Below are positions 16,726 through 24,923 of a DNA stretch of 29,811 bases, piece after piece. The position numbers and the translations under genes are program-made. The DNA is taken from assembly GCA_030622775.1 (NCBI GenBank), contig JAUXFS010000001.1, forward strand, positions 1-29,811, read 5' to 3'. Under the pieces are notes generated by a model. The model searched no databases and was not told the DNA's origin. It saw nothing but the letters and a program-made list of their open reading frames with translations. Numbering within the stretch: the stretch's first letter is position 1; the number at the start of each line of letters is the position of its first letter. This DNA is from Rhodospirillales bacterium (lineage in GTDB: Bacteria > Pseudomonadota > Alphaproteobacteria > Rhodospirillales > Defluviicoccaceae).

Positions 16726-17253
16726 CTAAATCACTGTGAAAGCGCCGTTTTGCGCGTCGAAACCAGCGGCGGAAACCTCTGTCGTACCGCCATTTGCGTT
16801 CTGTCTGATGCTGGGGGCTTCCAACGAAATCTCGTTCCCCGACATCACCAGCTTGGTGCCGCCGGTCGTCTCGATCTCGACAGTCCCTCGATCCTCAATT
16901 TTGATCGTTGCGCCGGGGGTCTTCAGCACGACGATCTCCGGGCTGTCGCCCGGTACCTGTTCCCCTTCGTCCCAGAAACAGCCTACCCAGATCGGGTGAT
17001 CCAGTTCCCCCGCCTCGAACTCGATCCAGACACTGGCTCCCACCGGCGGGATCGCGTGCAGCCCCAGATCGGCGGCGGCATAGGGCACACAGGGCAGCGC
17101 CCATTTCGTCTCGCGGCCAGAGACGCCCGGTACCCGCACCTCCAGCCGGTTGCCGCCGAGAGGGTCTCTGTTGTCCACGACGGTGCCGCGATACTTGCCG
17201 AAAAACCGGCTTTCCATCTCCTCGAAAAGACGTTCGATATCGACATCTGCCAT
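16726..17253 (-). CDS. Phage baseplate assembly protein V / gp5-like spike (OB fold plus short beta-helix), 175 aa
   Basis: FFGKYRGTVVDNRDPLG..RLEVRVPGV....T.WALPCVPYA....G.HAIPPVGASVWIEFEAGELDHPIWVGCFW is the canonical gp5/gpV OB-fold signature. GGAGGAG SD. Confidence 0.92.
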   Translation of the reverse strand: MADVDIERLFEEMESRFFGKYRGTVVDNRDPLGGNRLEVRVPGVSGRETKWALPCVPYAAADLGLHAIPPVGASVWIEFEAGELDHPIWVGCFWDEGEQVPGDSPEIVVLKTPGATIKIEDRGTVEIETTGGTKLVMSGNEISLEAPSIRQNANGGTTEVSAAGFDAQNGAFTVI

Positions 17254-18398
17254 CAGCCTGCTCCTCCCAACCCGTTTGTATGTGCGGTGAAATCGGTGAA
17301 GTGATCCGAGGCGGTGATGACATGCAGCGCCTTCATCACCTGGTAGGAGCCCGAGAGCCGCTCATCGAGATGGGTGAACTCGACGATCTGGTGCGGGCGG
17401 ATCACGAAACCGGCCTGCTCGAATGTGGTCGAGGCATCGACCTCGACGAACCAGCTTTGCTCGAAAACAATGGCCTCCTTGGCCAGAAACGCCTCTTCGG
17501 GGTCGACCTTGGGGGGGATGATCGCTTCGCGCACGACCCCGCCCACCGGTACAGGCCGTGTCGGGTCCAGCGTTTCGGCGGCCTGAACGATCTGGTCGAT
17601 GACCGCCTTGTCGCCCGCCGCGTCGAAGGTGAAGCCCTTGGCGGCGACCGGTTTTTCATAGTCGATCTTGGCCTCGAACTTGTTGACGCCGGGGCATTCG
17701 CGGCGGGGCGGATTCACGGCGAGCGTCCGGTCCGGCGGCGCCGCCAGCACCGGGGCCTGAGGCACGCCGCCCGCCTGGTTGCGCTCAGGCGAGGTGCGCA
17801 GGTTGGCCGTCTCGGTCAGCGTAAGGATGCCGGTCTGGGCCGAACCCGTGACCTCGTAGCTGATCCAGAACTCCATGTTGTTCTTGCGCGCGATCTCTTC
17901 GAGAAAAGTGAGGTCCGACCCGCGCTGGGAAAGCTGTTTTTTCTTGCCGTCGTACTCGATCAGCGTGTCCTGAGTGTTCGGCGTGAACTGGTAGGCGCCG
18001 AGAATGCCAGCCGCCGCCGCGCTCGCGAGCCCGGTATATTTCGCCTGCACGCCCACGCGGCCCATCTCGACCCGCCGGTCTTCGCCGTGGATTTCGATCC
18101 ACGAGCCGGGACCGCCAAGCTGGCTGTTGGATTTCACCTTCGTCACCGGTCCATATACCAGGCAATCGAGCGCATCGTTCTCGCCGATGACGAAGATGCC
18201 GAGTTTTTCGTCCTGCTTGAGTTCCCCGCTGCCCGAAACCGCAAACGAGCCGTTGCAGATATCGTCCTCGAACCTGAGCGCAAAGCGCGTCGGCTTCGAA
18301 AGCTCCATCTCCACACGTACCTCGACCAACCAGGCGGTGATCTCGGTCGACAGCCGTTTCAGGCTGGTTCCAGTGGTTATGTAGACGCCAAAGCCCAT
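17253..18398 (-). CDS. Phage late control D / gp27-like baseplate hub (VgrG N-terminal equivalent), about 381 aa
   Basis: True start is probably ATG 18398 (GAGGA SD 5 nt upstream, just after the LysM gene stop), not 18431. Motifs: SDLTFLEEIARKNNMEFW and C-terminal GFVIRPHQIVEF..LDERLSGSYQVMKALHVI (gpD-like G...R.g..V.i.g.g.r.sG.Y.V..v.H.i). Confidence 0.82.
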   Translation of the reverse strand: MGFGVYITTGTSLKRLSTEITAWLVEVRVEMELSKPTRFALRFEDDICNGSFAVSGSGELKQDEKLGIFVIGENDALDCLVYGPVTKVKSNSQLGGPGSWIEIHGEDRRVEMGRVGVQAKYTGLASAAAAGILGAYQFTPNTQDTLIEYDGKKKQLSQRGSDLTFLEEIARKNNMEFWISYEVTGSAQTGILTLTETANLRTSPERNQAGGVPQAPVLAAPPDRTLAVNPPRRECPGVNKFEAKIDYEKPVAAKGFTFDAAGDKAVIDQIVQAAETLDPTRPVPVGGVVREAIIPPKVDPEEAFLAKEAIVFEQSWFVEVDASTTFEQAGFVIRPHQIVEFTHLDERLSGSYQVMKALHVITASDHFTDFTAHTNGLGGAG

Positions 18399-18405
18399 GT
18401 ATTCC

Positions 18406-18687
18406 TCAGGTTTTCGTCGGGATCTCGACAAGCGCGGTGTCCAGCGCCGCCTCGGCGGTCATCGCCTGGTTCAGCTCGGCGATGCGCCAGAACCCGGCGG
18501 GGTCGTTGAGGTAATGATTGGCCAGATGATCGAGCCGCTGACCCTGTTTCAGCCGGTGTTTTCCCAACTCGGTCTGGGTTGGCACCAGAGCCAGGGTGAC
18601 GCAATACACCTTGCGCCCGCGCCGGTCAGTCGCGGTGGTAACTGTGGAATGTTTCACGTAACGGCTTTTGGGGTCAAATATGGACAT
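18406..18687 (-). CDS. LysM-like/gpX-like small baseplate protein, 93 aa
   Basis: F.P.SRY N-terminus and H.lk.G.RLD.LA..Yl.DP..FWRIA.lN.a pattern. It sits directly after the tube initiator (a split Afp7 arrangement). Confidence 0.82.
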   Translation of the reverse strand: MSIFDPKSRYVKHSTVTTATDRRGRKVYCVTLALVPTQTELGKHRLKQGQRLDHLANHYLNDPAGFWRIAELNQAMTAEAALDTALVEIPTKT

Positions 18688-18692
18688 GAGAT

Positions 18693-19394
18693 TCAGAACG
18701 GCAGGATGGACTTGGCGGATTTCAGTGCATTGGCGATATTGGCGACGGCCAGCGCATCTTCCTGCAGGCGCGTCATCTCATAGGCCGCGAGGGCGATGTC
18801 GATGGCAGGGCCGGTCTTGCATTTGAAGACCTCGGGCGTAAGCACCCGCAGCTCCAGCTGGACATCGGCCATGTATGGATAAAGTTGCGGAGTGAACTCC
18901 TTGATTTCTATGGTGATATTGGTCACGCGCACGGGCAGGATCACGCCGCTGCCAAGCACCAGCAGCGTAATCGGCACCGTGGCGCGCTCGGCATCCGTTG
19001 CGGGCGCGTTCACCAAAGCGGTAGCGCTGGCGATCAGATCGCCGAAGAGCTTGCCCGAGGGTTCGGTCAGCTTCTGGATCGCGGCAATGCGCGAGGCGAC
19101 GCCGGTAGTTTCGGCCAGGATATCACCGGTTTCCAGATCGTCGGTCGCGTCCAGTTCGAGCGTGAACTTGTAGCTCTCTTCAGGGTCGTAAGGCTGCACG
19201 TTGGGCGACTGTGCACCGCGGTTGGTCTGGTCGACTTCCGTGGGGTCCCAGGGCTTCAGCGAGCGGGTCATCGAGCCCGGGTTGTACTGGAAGGGGATGA
19301 TGTTCGGCACGATGATACCGAAATCCTCGGCCAGCTGCACCAGCGCGCCCTTGGTGACCGACGGCGATTGGGGGGAGCCGGTGGATTCAGCCAT
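18693..19394 (-). CDS. CIS tube-initiator protein (Afp7/Pvc7 N-terminal-like), 233 aa
   Basis: KGALV...IPFQYNPGSMTRSL, FTLELDATDDLE, P.TLLVLG.G.ILPVRVTNITI....F.P.LYP..A.V.L.LRVL. AGAGGA SD; 8-nt overlap with the ATPase stop. Confidence 0.82.
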   Translation of the reverse strand: MAESTGSPQSPSVTKGALVQLAEDFGIIVPNIIPFQYNPGSMTRSLKPWDPTEVDQTNRGAQSPNVQPYDPEESYKFTLELDATDDLETGDILAETTGVASRIAAIQKLTEPSGKLFGDLIASATALVNAPATDAERATVPITLLVLGSGVILPVRVTNITIEIKEFTPQLYPYMADVQLELRVLTPEVFKCKTGPAIDIALAAYEMTRLQEDALAVANIANALKSAKSILPF

Positions 19395-21312
19395 TCTGCG
19401 GGTTCCTCTGTCTGCGTGGTTTCGTTGTGGCGGCGGGCGCGGCGCGGCCCTCTTTCGTCAGCTCCTGCTCGGTGGCGGCGGTCAGGTCGGCGGGCGAAAT
19501 GGCGCGGCCCCCGTGCAGCGCCGAATACAGCGCAGAGAGGGCCGCGCCCTTGATCTGCGCGGGGCTGAGGTCGTGAGTTGTGGCCAGCCTGTCAATGGCC
19601 TCCGTAAGCGGCGCAGGATCTTTGCCTAACCCTTCGAGCATGCGACGCCAGAGATCGCGGCGCTCGACGGGGCCGGGTTTCGGGAACTCGACCACATGGC
19701 GCAGGCGGCGGATGAAGGCCGGGTCGATATTGGCGCGCCGGTTGGTCGAGAGGATCACGAGGCCGTCATGGGCCTCGAGAAGCTGCAGCAGGTGGTTCGT
19801 GTCGGTGTTGGCGTAGCGGTCATTGGAATCGCGCACATCGGTGCGCTTGGCGAAGAAGGCGTCGGCCTCTTCGAAGATCAGTGCGGCGCCGGAGGCTTTG
19901 GCCTGGGCGAAGGCTTTGCTCAGATTCTTGGCAGTTTCGCCGATGAATTTCGAGGTGGTCGAGGCGAGGTCGACCACAAGCAGGTTGCTGCCCAGATCGC
20001 GGGCGATGACGTGGGCGGCCATGGACTTGCCCACCCCCGGCGGGCCGGAGAAGAGCGCCGAGAGACCTGCCGCGTGTTGGTAGAGCCGGGCGGTCTCGGG
20101 GTGTTCCATGAGCTGTGGGCGGGTGCGCGCCTCGAAGGTGATGCGTTTCAGTTGGGTCAGAAGGGTTTCGGGCGCAATCATGTCGTCCCAGCCGAAAACC
20201 GGATCGACCACATGGCCCGCGCCCCTCATCCGTGCTCGCGCCCGGGCGCGCAAATCATCCGCCGCTTCGTCGACCGAGCGCGGCGCCGTCCGCCCGATCT
20301 CCTGCAGATCGCCCAGGAGCAGCCCGGGCGTGGCCGCGAGCTTCTGAGCATCGCCTGCCAGGCGCGGCACCAAGGCCGCGAAGAGCGCCGATTTGCTGTC
20401 GATGCCGGGCTCGGGCAGGGCGATGGTCAGATCCGACGCCCCATCGCGGCACGGGGCTGTCTCTCCGGGGGCTGCACAGACGAATTGCAGCGGCGCCATG
20501 GGAATTTTCGCGGGCCAGGCGGGGCTGCCCGCGCGCCAGATCAGCGCCGCGTCGGCAAAAAGTGCGAACCGCTGCGCCAGCATGAACGCCTCCGCCCAGT
20601 CGGTTTGCGGGATCACGTCCGCATCGGCCACCAGCGCCTCGCGCCCCAGTTTCTGCGCCACGGCGGCGGCGAAGTTGCGCCGCCCCGCCCCGCCCCGGCC
20701 CTGCACCACCAGCCGCAGCTCGACTCCCTGCTGCAACGCGTGATCCAGCCGCTCGGCCGTTTTGCCCACGGGCCATTCGGCGGGCGTCGGGCCGGCGGGG
20801 CAGGCATCGAGCGCCAGAACCAGCTCGGCATCGAGCGACAAGTGCCCGAACATCCAGTCCACCAGTTGCCGGTCGGCCTCGTATCCCGGGGATTCGCCGG
20901 GGGTCAGGCGCACCGGCGTCACCAGCCGCCACATCGAGAGCGGTGATGTCGGCCGCCAGATCGGGCGTGCCGGGTGGCCGTGCATCAGCTTTATGAGCGG
21001 TTCAGTCGGCAAGAGCCGCCCCTCCGCCTCCTGCGCCCGCGCCACCAGCGGCCCCAGCGCAGGCTCCGCTGCCACCGCCAGCGCCAGCGCCAGCAGATCG
21101 GCCTCCGGTTCGCTGAGCCCGAAGAGCTCCACAAGCCGCTCCCAGGCTCGCCCTTCCGGCCCCGCCAGCCGATGTTCCAAGGTGTCGAGCGGCAGTGCCT
21201 CGTTCACCGACTCGCCCAGCCGCATTTGCAGTCGCAGCCGGGCGCGATGCACCAGCAGCTCGGCAGCACTGAGCAGTAGATGCGGCAAGGCGTGGGACTT
21301 GGGGGCCGTCAT
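19387..21312 (-). CDS. AAA+ ATPase (Afp15/Pvc15-like), 641 aa
   Basis: C-terminal AAA module with Walker A GPPGVGKS (nt 20023-20046), Walker B ALIFEEAD (19861-19884), SKFIGETAKNL, DRYAN.DTNHLLQ.LE, and STN...NIDPAFIRR. The N-terminal AAA module is degenerate (VQGRGGAGRRNF). Confidence 0.92.
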   Translation of the reverse strand: MTAPKSHALPHLLLSAAELLVHRARLRLQMRLGESVNEALPLDTLEHRLAGPEGRAWERLVELFGLSEPEADLLALALAVAAEPALGPLVARAQEAEGRLLPTEPLIKLMHGHPARPIWRPTSPLSMWRLVTPVRLTPGESPGYEADRQLVDWMFGHLSLDAELVLALDACPAGPTPAEWPVGKTAERLDHALQQGVELRLVVQGRGGAGRRNFAAAVAQKLGREALVADADVIPQTDWAEAFMLAQRFALFADAALIWRAGSPAWPAKIPMAPLQFVCAAPGETAPCRDGASDLTIALPEPGIDSKSALFAALVPRLAGDAQKLAATPGLLLGDLQEIGRTAPRSVDEAADDLRARARARMRGAGHVVDPVFGWDDMIAPETLLTQLKRITFEARTRPQLMEHPETARLYQHAAGLSALFSGPPGVGKSMAAHVIARDLGSNLLVVDLASTTSKFIGETAKNLSKAFAQAKASGAALIFEEADAFFAKRTDVRDSNDRYANTDTNHLLQLLEAHDGLVILSTNRRANIDPAFIRRLRHVVEFPKPGPVERRDLWRRMLEGLGKDPAPLTEAIDRLATTHDLSPAQIKGAALSALYSALHGGRAISPADLTAATEQELTKEGRAAPAATTKPRRQRNPQNG

Positions 21313-22709
21313 GGTGTCTCGAACCAGAAGGGTTGGGATTCGGCGCCGTTGATGATCAGGCGCAGCGGGTGGGTGCCGGCATTGGCCGGGTTGAAGAGCG
21401 GGTGAAATTCGATCTGCCCGGCCTGGCGGACGAAAAGCCCAGCGTCGTTGGCCGGGATGCCGGAAAAGGCGGGTACGTCGTCGTAGAGCTCGCCATCGAC
21501 TGAGAGCTGCACGTCGAGCCCGGCAGCAGTCATGTCGAAGGTATTGGTGGCCTGCACGACCATGCGTCCCTGCGGGTTGGGACCGGTCACCTGCACGAGA
21601 TGGGCGCCGATGGAAAAGGCGATCTGGTTACTCTCGCTCACCGTCTCGCGCAGCGTGCCGCCCTCGGTCTGCTGCCTGCGCGTCGTGCGAACCGAAACGG
21701 TATAGATGCCCGGCGTCACCTCCAGCGCCGTCGCCACGCCGGTCACCATCGCCTGCAGGCTGCCCTGTAAATCGAACCGGCCGGCGGTGGCGGTCAGCTC
21801 GATATTCCAGGCCGGGTTCAGCGCGGTGTCGAGCACCGCATCGCGCACCGGCACCGCCAATTCGTGCCACGCAGGCGTGCGCAGCACGATCTGCGAGGCT
21901 CCTGACTGGCCGTCGCCCGTCAGCACCGAGCCCGCGATATGCACCCGGTTTACCTCGGGCACTGCGCCGGGGTTCAGCACCGCGCGGGCGGGCGAGGTGT
22001 CGAGCACCTGCGGCGGCAGCCCGCTCGCCACTGGCGGGGTGAAGGCCGTGAGCGCCGAGACCTTCTCGATCACCGGCGCCGAGATCGGCGAGACGAAGAG
22101 ACCCAGATCGTAGACCCGGCCGAATGCGCCGGCGGGTTCTTCGGGCTCGATGAAGATCGTGCGCACCTCATAATAGGCCGAAAGCCGTGTGGTCAAGCTT
22201 TGCTCGGCCGACCAGAAGCTCATCGCCTCTTCCGGCGTCAGCGGGCGCGGGGATATCTCAAAATGATTGTCCCGCCCGCGCAGGGGTTCGACCATCACCA
22301 TCTGAGGCAGGCCGCCATCGGGCGAGATCGCCAGGTTGTCGTCGATCAGCGAGTGGTCGTGCAGCGTCTTGATCGCCAGGCTGAACAGGTTCTGCTGGTT
22401 CTGGGCGTCGTAGATCTCGTTGATCTCGTGATGCGCGGTGAGGATGTAGAAGAGCGACAGGGCGAGCGGTTGGCGCGCAACCGGCGGACCGCCGCGGCCC
22501 GGCGGCGGCAGGTTCTTGTAATGGATGTCCTCCATCACGTGGTAGAGATGCAGGTTCAGCGTGTCTGTGGCGCCGCCCGCGCGTTCCGGCGGCATGGCGG
22601 TAACGGTGACGGGAGTAACGATGCCCTGGCGCAGAAACAGCGCGCGGACGTTGAATTCCAGAAGTCGGGTCAGGGTGTTGGTGACGTGGAAGAGGTTCGC
22701 TGTGGGCAT
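21309..22709 (-). CDS. DUF4255/Pvc16-type cap (tail terminator) protein with a ~275-aa C-terminal extension, 466 aa
   Basis: The first ~190 aa match Pvc16 (VTVTAMPPE......LNLHLYHVMED....N......PLALSLFYILTA...LHDH...LTPEEAMSFWS....RLSAYYEV). GAGGAGG SD. Confidence 0.82.
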   Translation of the reverse strand: MPTANLFHVTNTLTRLLEFNVRALFLRQGIVTPVTVTAMPPERAGGATDTLNLHLYHVMEDIHYKNLPPPGRGGPPVARQPLALSLFYILTAHHEINEIYDAQNQQNLFSLAIKTLHDHSLIDDNLAISPDGGLPQMVMVEPLRGRDNHFEISPRPLTPEEAMSFWSAEQSLTTRLSAYYEVRTIFIEPEEPAGAFGRVYDLGLFVSPISAPVIEKVSALTAFTPPVASGLPPQVLDTSPARAVLNPGAVPEVNRVHIAGSVLTGDGQSGASQIVLRTPAWHELAVPVRDAVLDTALNPAWNIELTATAGRFDLQGSLQAMVTGVATALEVTPGIYTVSVRTTRRQQTEGGTLRETVSESNQIAFSIGAHLVQVTGPNPQGRMVVQATNTFDMTAAGLDVQLSVDGELYDDVPAFSGIPANDAGLFVRQAGQIEFHPLFNPANAGTHPLRLIINGAESQPFWFETP

Positions 22710-22712
22710 GGC

Positions 22713-23633
22713 CTAGCGCCTCCTCAAACCGAAGATCGTCAGCGCCCGTCGGCGCGGGGTGAGCGGGCCGATGATCGAGGCTCCGGCGGCAGTCATCGGG
22801 CGGGTGCGGCGCTTTTGCTCTGGTGCGGTGGCTTGTGACGGCTGCTCCGGCGCCTTGGCGACGGGAGGAGGCGCTGGCGCCGGATCGGGTTGGCGAGGCG
22901 CGTGTACCGGCGGATCGGGCAGCTCCGGCGCGGCGACAGGCGGCGGCATCACCTCAGCTGGCGGGTGCGGCTCCGGCCCCACCGGTGCCGGCGAATTTGC
23001 CGCTGCGTCTGGCACGGGCACATCCGGTAATGGCGCAACAGGGAATGACTCGGCGTCGGGGCGCGGCAGCGCCGGCTCGGGTTCGGCGATGTTTTCGGGC
23101 ATGTTCTCGGACGGCTGCAAGCCCACGGGGATCGGTTCCGGCGCAGGCCGCTCGGTCGGTGCATCCGCCGTCTCCGGCGGTGGAACTTGTGTGGGCGGGG
23201 GCGAAGCGGGTTCGATATCCGCAGATGGGGCCTCCGGGGCGGGTTCAGGCGCTGGCAGGACGAGGTCCCCTGAGGTGACAAATCCTACCGGCTGGGGATG
23301 CCGCGGTGGTTCTACCGGCGGAGCGGCTTCGGTCCGGAGGGTGCGGGGTGCAGTCTGCGGCGCGGGCGGCGTGGCTGGTTCCAGCGCCGTTTCGGTCACA
23401 GATGTCCGGACCTCGGAGGCGGACCGTGGCGGCGCCGCTACGGTTTCGCCGAACCCGCCCGGGACGTTTTCCGGCCCGGCGGGCGGTGTGTAACGGGCGG
23501 CGAAATCCGGGTCGTTCAGCCGCTGGTCGGCGAGACTCACCGGCGATTGCGACAGGCCCGCAGGCAGGGCGCCCGTGGCCACCGGAGACGCAGTCGCGGC
23601 GCGGTCGAGCAGGCGTTGCAGATAGCCGCTCAT
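22713..23633 (-). CDS. Pro/Ala/Glu-rich, probably disordered eCIS-associated protein, 306 aa
   Basis: True start is ATG 23633 (MSGYLQRLLDRA; GAGGAGG SD; ATGA overlap with the upstream stop), not 23861. About 75 of 306 residues are Pro (hand count). The C-terminus is basic (RRTRP...PRRRALTIFGLRRR). Confidence 0.75.
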   Translation of the reverse strand: MSGYLQRLLDRAATASPVATGALPAGLSQSPVSLADQRLNDPDFAARYTPPAGPENVPGGFGETVAAPPRSASEVRTSVTETALEPATPPAPQTAPRTLRTEAAPPVEPPRHPQPVGFVTSGDLVLPAPEPAPEAPSADIEPASPPPTQVPPPETADAPTERPAPEPIPVGLQPSENMPENIAEPEPALPRPDAESFPVAPLPDVPVPDAAANSPAPVGPEPHPPAEVMPPPVAAPELPDPPVHAPRQPDPAPAPPPVAKAPEQPSQATAPEQKRRTRPMTAAGASIIGPLTPRRRALTIFGLRRR

Positions 23634-24370
23634 GCCGTCTGCCTCCTCGATAGCCTCGCGCGCTCGGCCTCGATCAGTCCGGCATAGGCGCGGCGGTCGT
23701 CGCGGGTCAGCGCCATGATCTCGCCATGGGACCAGCCATAGCGCGAGGCGATCAGATGGGCTTCGCGCACCAGAAAGGGGCGCTCCGAGTCCAGCCGCCG
23801 CGTCAGATAAGAGGCCAGATCGAACCGCACCTGCGCTGAGGTCGCGCATTGTGGGCAGCACGCCGCGAGGTCGAGGGTCAGCACCGGCGCGGCGGTTTCC
23901 AGGAACGCACCCACGGTCTCGGCGCTGGCCCCGCCCTCGACCGTCAGTCGCGTGGCCAGCGTGTCGGGATCGTCCACCAGGTCGGCGGGTTTCGGCGCCC
24001 GCACCCGCGCGACGCCTTCCATCGTCCAGGCGCCGTCCGCATCGGGCGGGCCTGGTCGGTCAGCGTCCTGCTCGGCGATGATCTGCGGCAGGTCGAGCGT
24101 GAACTCGTAGGTTTCGCCACAGGCTTCGCAGGCCACCCGGCACTCGGCGCGCGATCCGTAGAGCGTGTCGTAGATCCCCGCCAACGCCCGGTCGATCTGC
24201 GATACGGTCAGCCCGGCGTGGTCCGCACCCTCAGCCAGCCGATCCAACAGCGTCATGGCCACCGCCGTACCCGTGCCGGCAAGCGCCATCTCGTCTGCGC
24301 CGGTCAGGGGGCGCAGCCACAGGGTCAACGGCGCATGGCCGGGCGCGTTCAGCTCAACGGCACGCATCAT
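23630..24370 (-). CDS. T4 gp26-like baseplate hub/tail assembly chaperone-like protein with two CxxC motifs, 246 aa
   Basis: LRPLTGADE; D.AL..IY..LYG....CRVACEACGE..EF.LDL; L...AP.L.L.L...CPQC......FD...YL; C-terminal EAHLIASRYGWSHGEIMAL....RR.Y. Lies directly after the tube gene. Confidence 0.65.
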   Translation of the reverse strand: MMRAVELNAPGHAPLTLWLRPLTGADEMALAGTGTAVAMTLLDRLAEGADHAGLTVSQIDRALAGIYDTLYGSRAECRVACEACGETYEFTLDLPQIIAEQDADRPGPPDADGAWTMEGVARVRAPKPADLVDDPDTLATRLTVEGGASAETVGAFLETAAPVLTLDLAACCPQCATSAQVRFDLASYLTRRLDSERPFLVREAHLIASRYGWSHGEIMALTRDDRRAYAGLIEAERARLSRRQTA

Positions 24371-24408
24371 CTTTTCCTATCCGGAAGGGGCGGCACATGG
24401 GCCGCGCC

Positions 24409-24909
24409 TCAGGTCTCGGTCGGTTCGGTCACCACCTCGTCGCGCACGAAGCCCTCGTTCTGGATGACGATGGATTCAAACGCGATGGCGTTGGCGTTGG
24501 CGTCGAGCTCGGGTACCGCGGAGAATTCGCTGACCCAGCAGCGGAATACCTGCCAGGCGCGCACCTTGACGCCCTGGAGGTTGTAGAGCTCGATTGTCAT
24601 GTCCTTACGGAAATCCTTCAGCGACACGCCCGCGTCGCCCGCGTTGGAATAGGCCTTGGTCGCCCATTCCTCGAAGGCAGTGTCGTGGGTGATGCCACGT
24701 TCCAGCGTGATCGGTTCGAATTTGGTCTGGCCGGGCGAGAGGCGCGGGGTCGACCGGTCGCCCCCATCACGGTGCGAGACCGGCTCGATGGTGTGCTTCA
24801 GCGCGCTGACCTTGGAAATACCGGCGACGGGCTGGCCGTCCCAGACCACGCGAAACTTGAAGTTCTTGTAGGGGTCGAACCGCTGGGTGTTGACGGTGAA
24901 CTGTGCCAT
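24409..24909 (-). CDS. Phage tail tube protein (T4 gp19 family), 166 aa
   Basis: RFDPYKNFKFRV..DG..VAG.SKVS.L......HRDGGD.....PG.TKFEPITLERG.T.D..FEEW...FRKD..IELYN..G.....W....CWVSEF...PELDA.ANA.A.E...I.NEG. GAGGGAGG SD. Confidence 0.95.
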   Translation of the reverse strand: MAQFTVNTQRFDPYKNFKFRVVWDGQPVAGISKVSALKHTIEPVSHRDGGDRSTPRLSPGQTKFEPITLERGITHDTAFEEWATKAYSNAGDAGVSLKDFRKDMTIELYNLQGVKVRAWQVFRCWVSEFSAVPELDANANAIAFESIVIQNEGFVRDEVVTEPTET

Positions 24910-24923
24910 TTAACTGCCCTCCC

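Noticed and set aside
22713-22730. C-terminal LRRR of the Pro-rich protein as a specific targeting signal
   Set aside because: The AGG AGG codons double as the GAGGAGG SD of the next gene, so the last Arg residues may be constrained at the RNA level.
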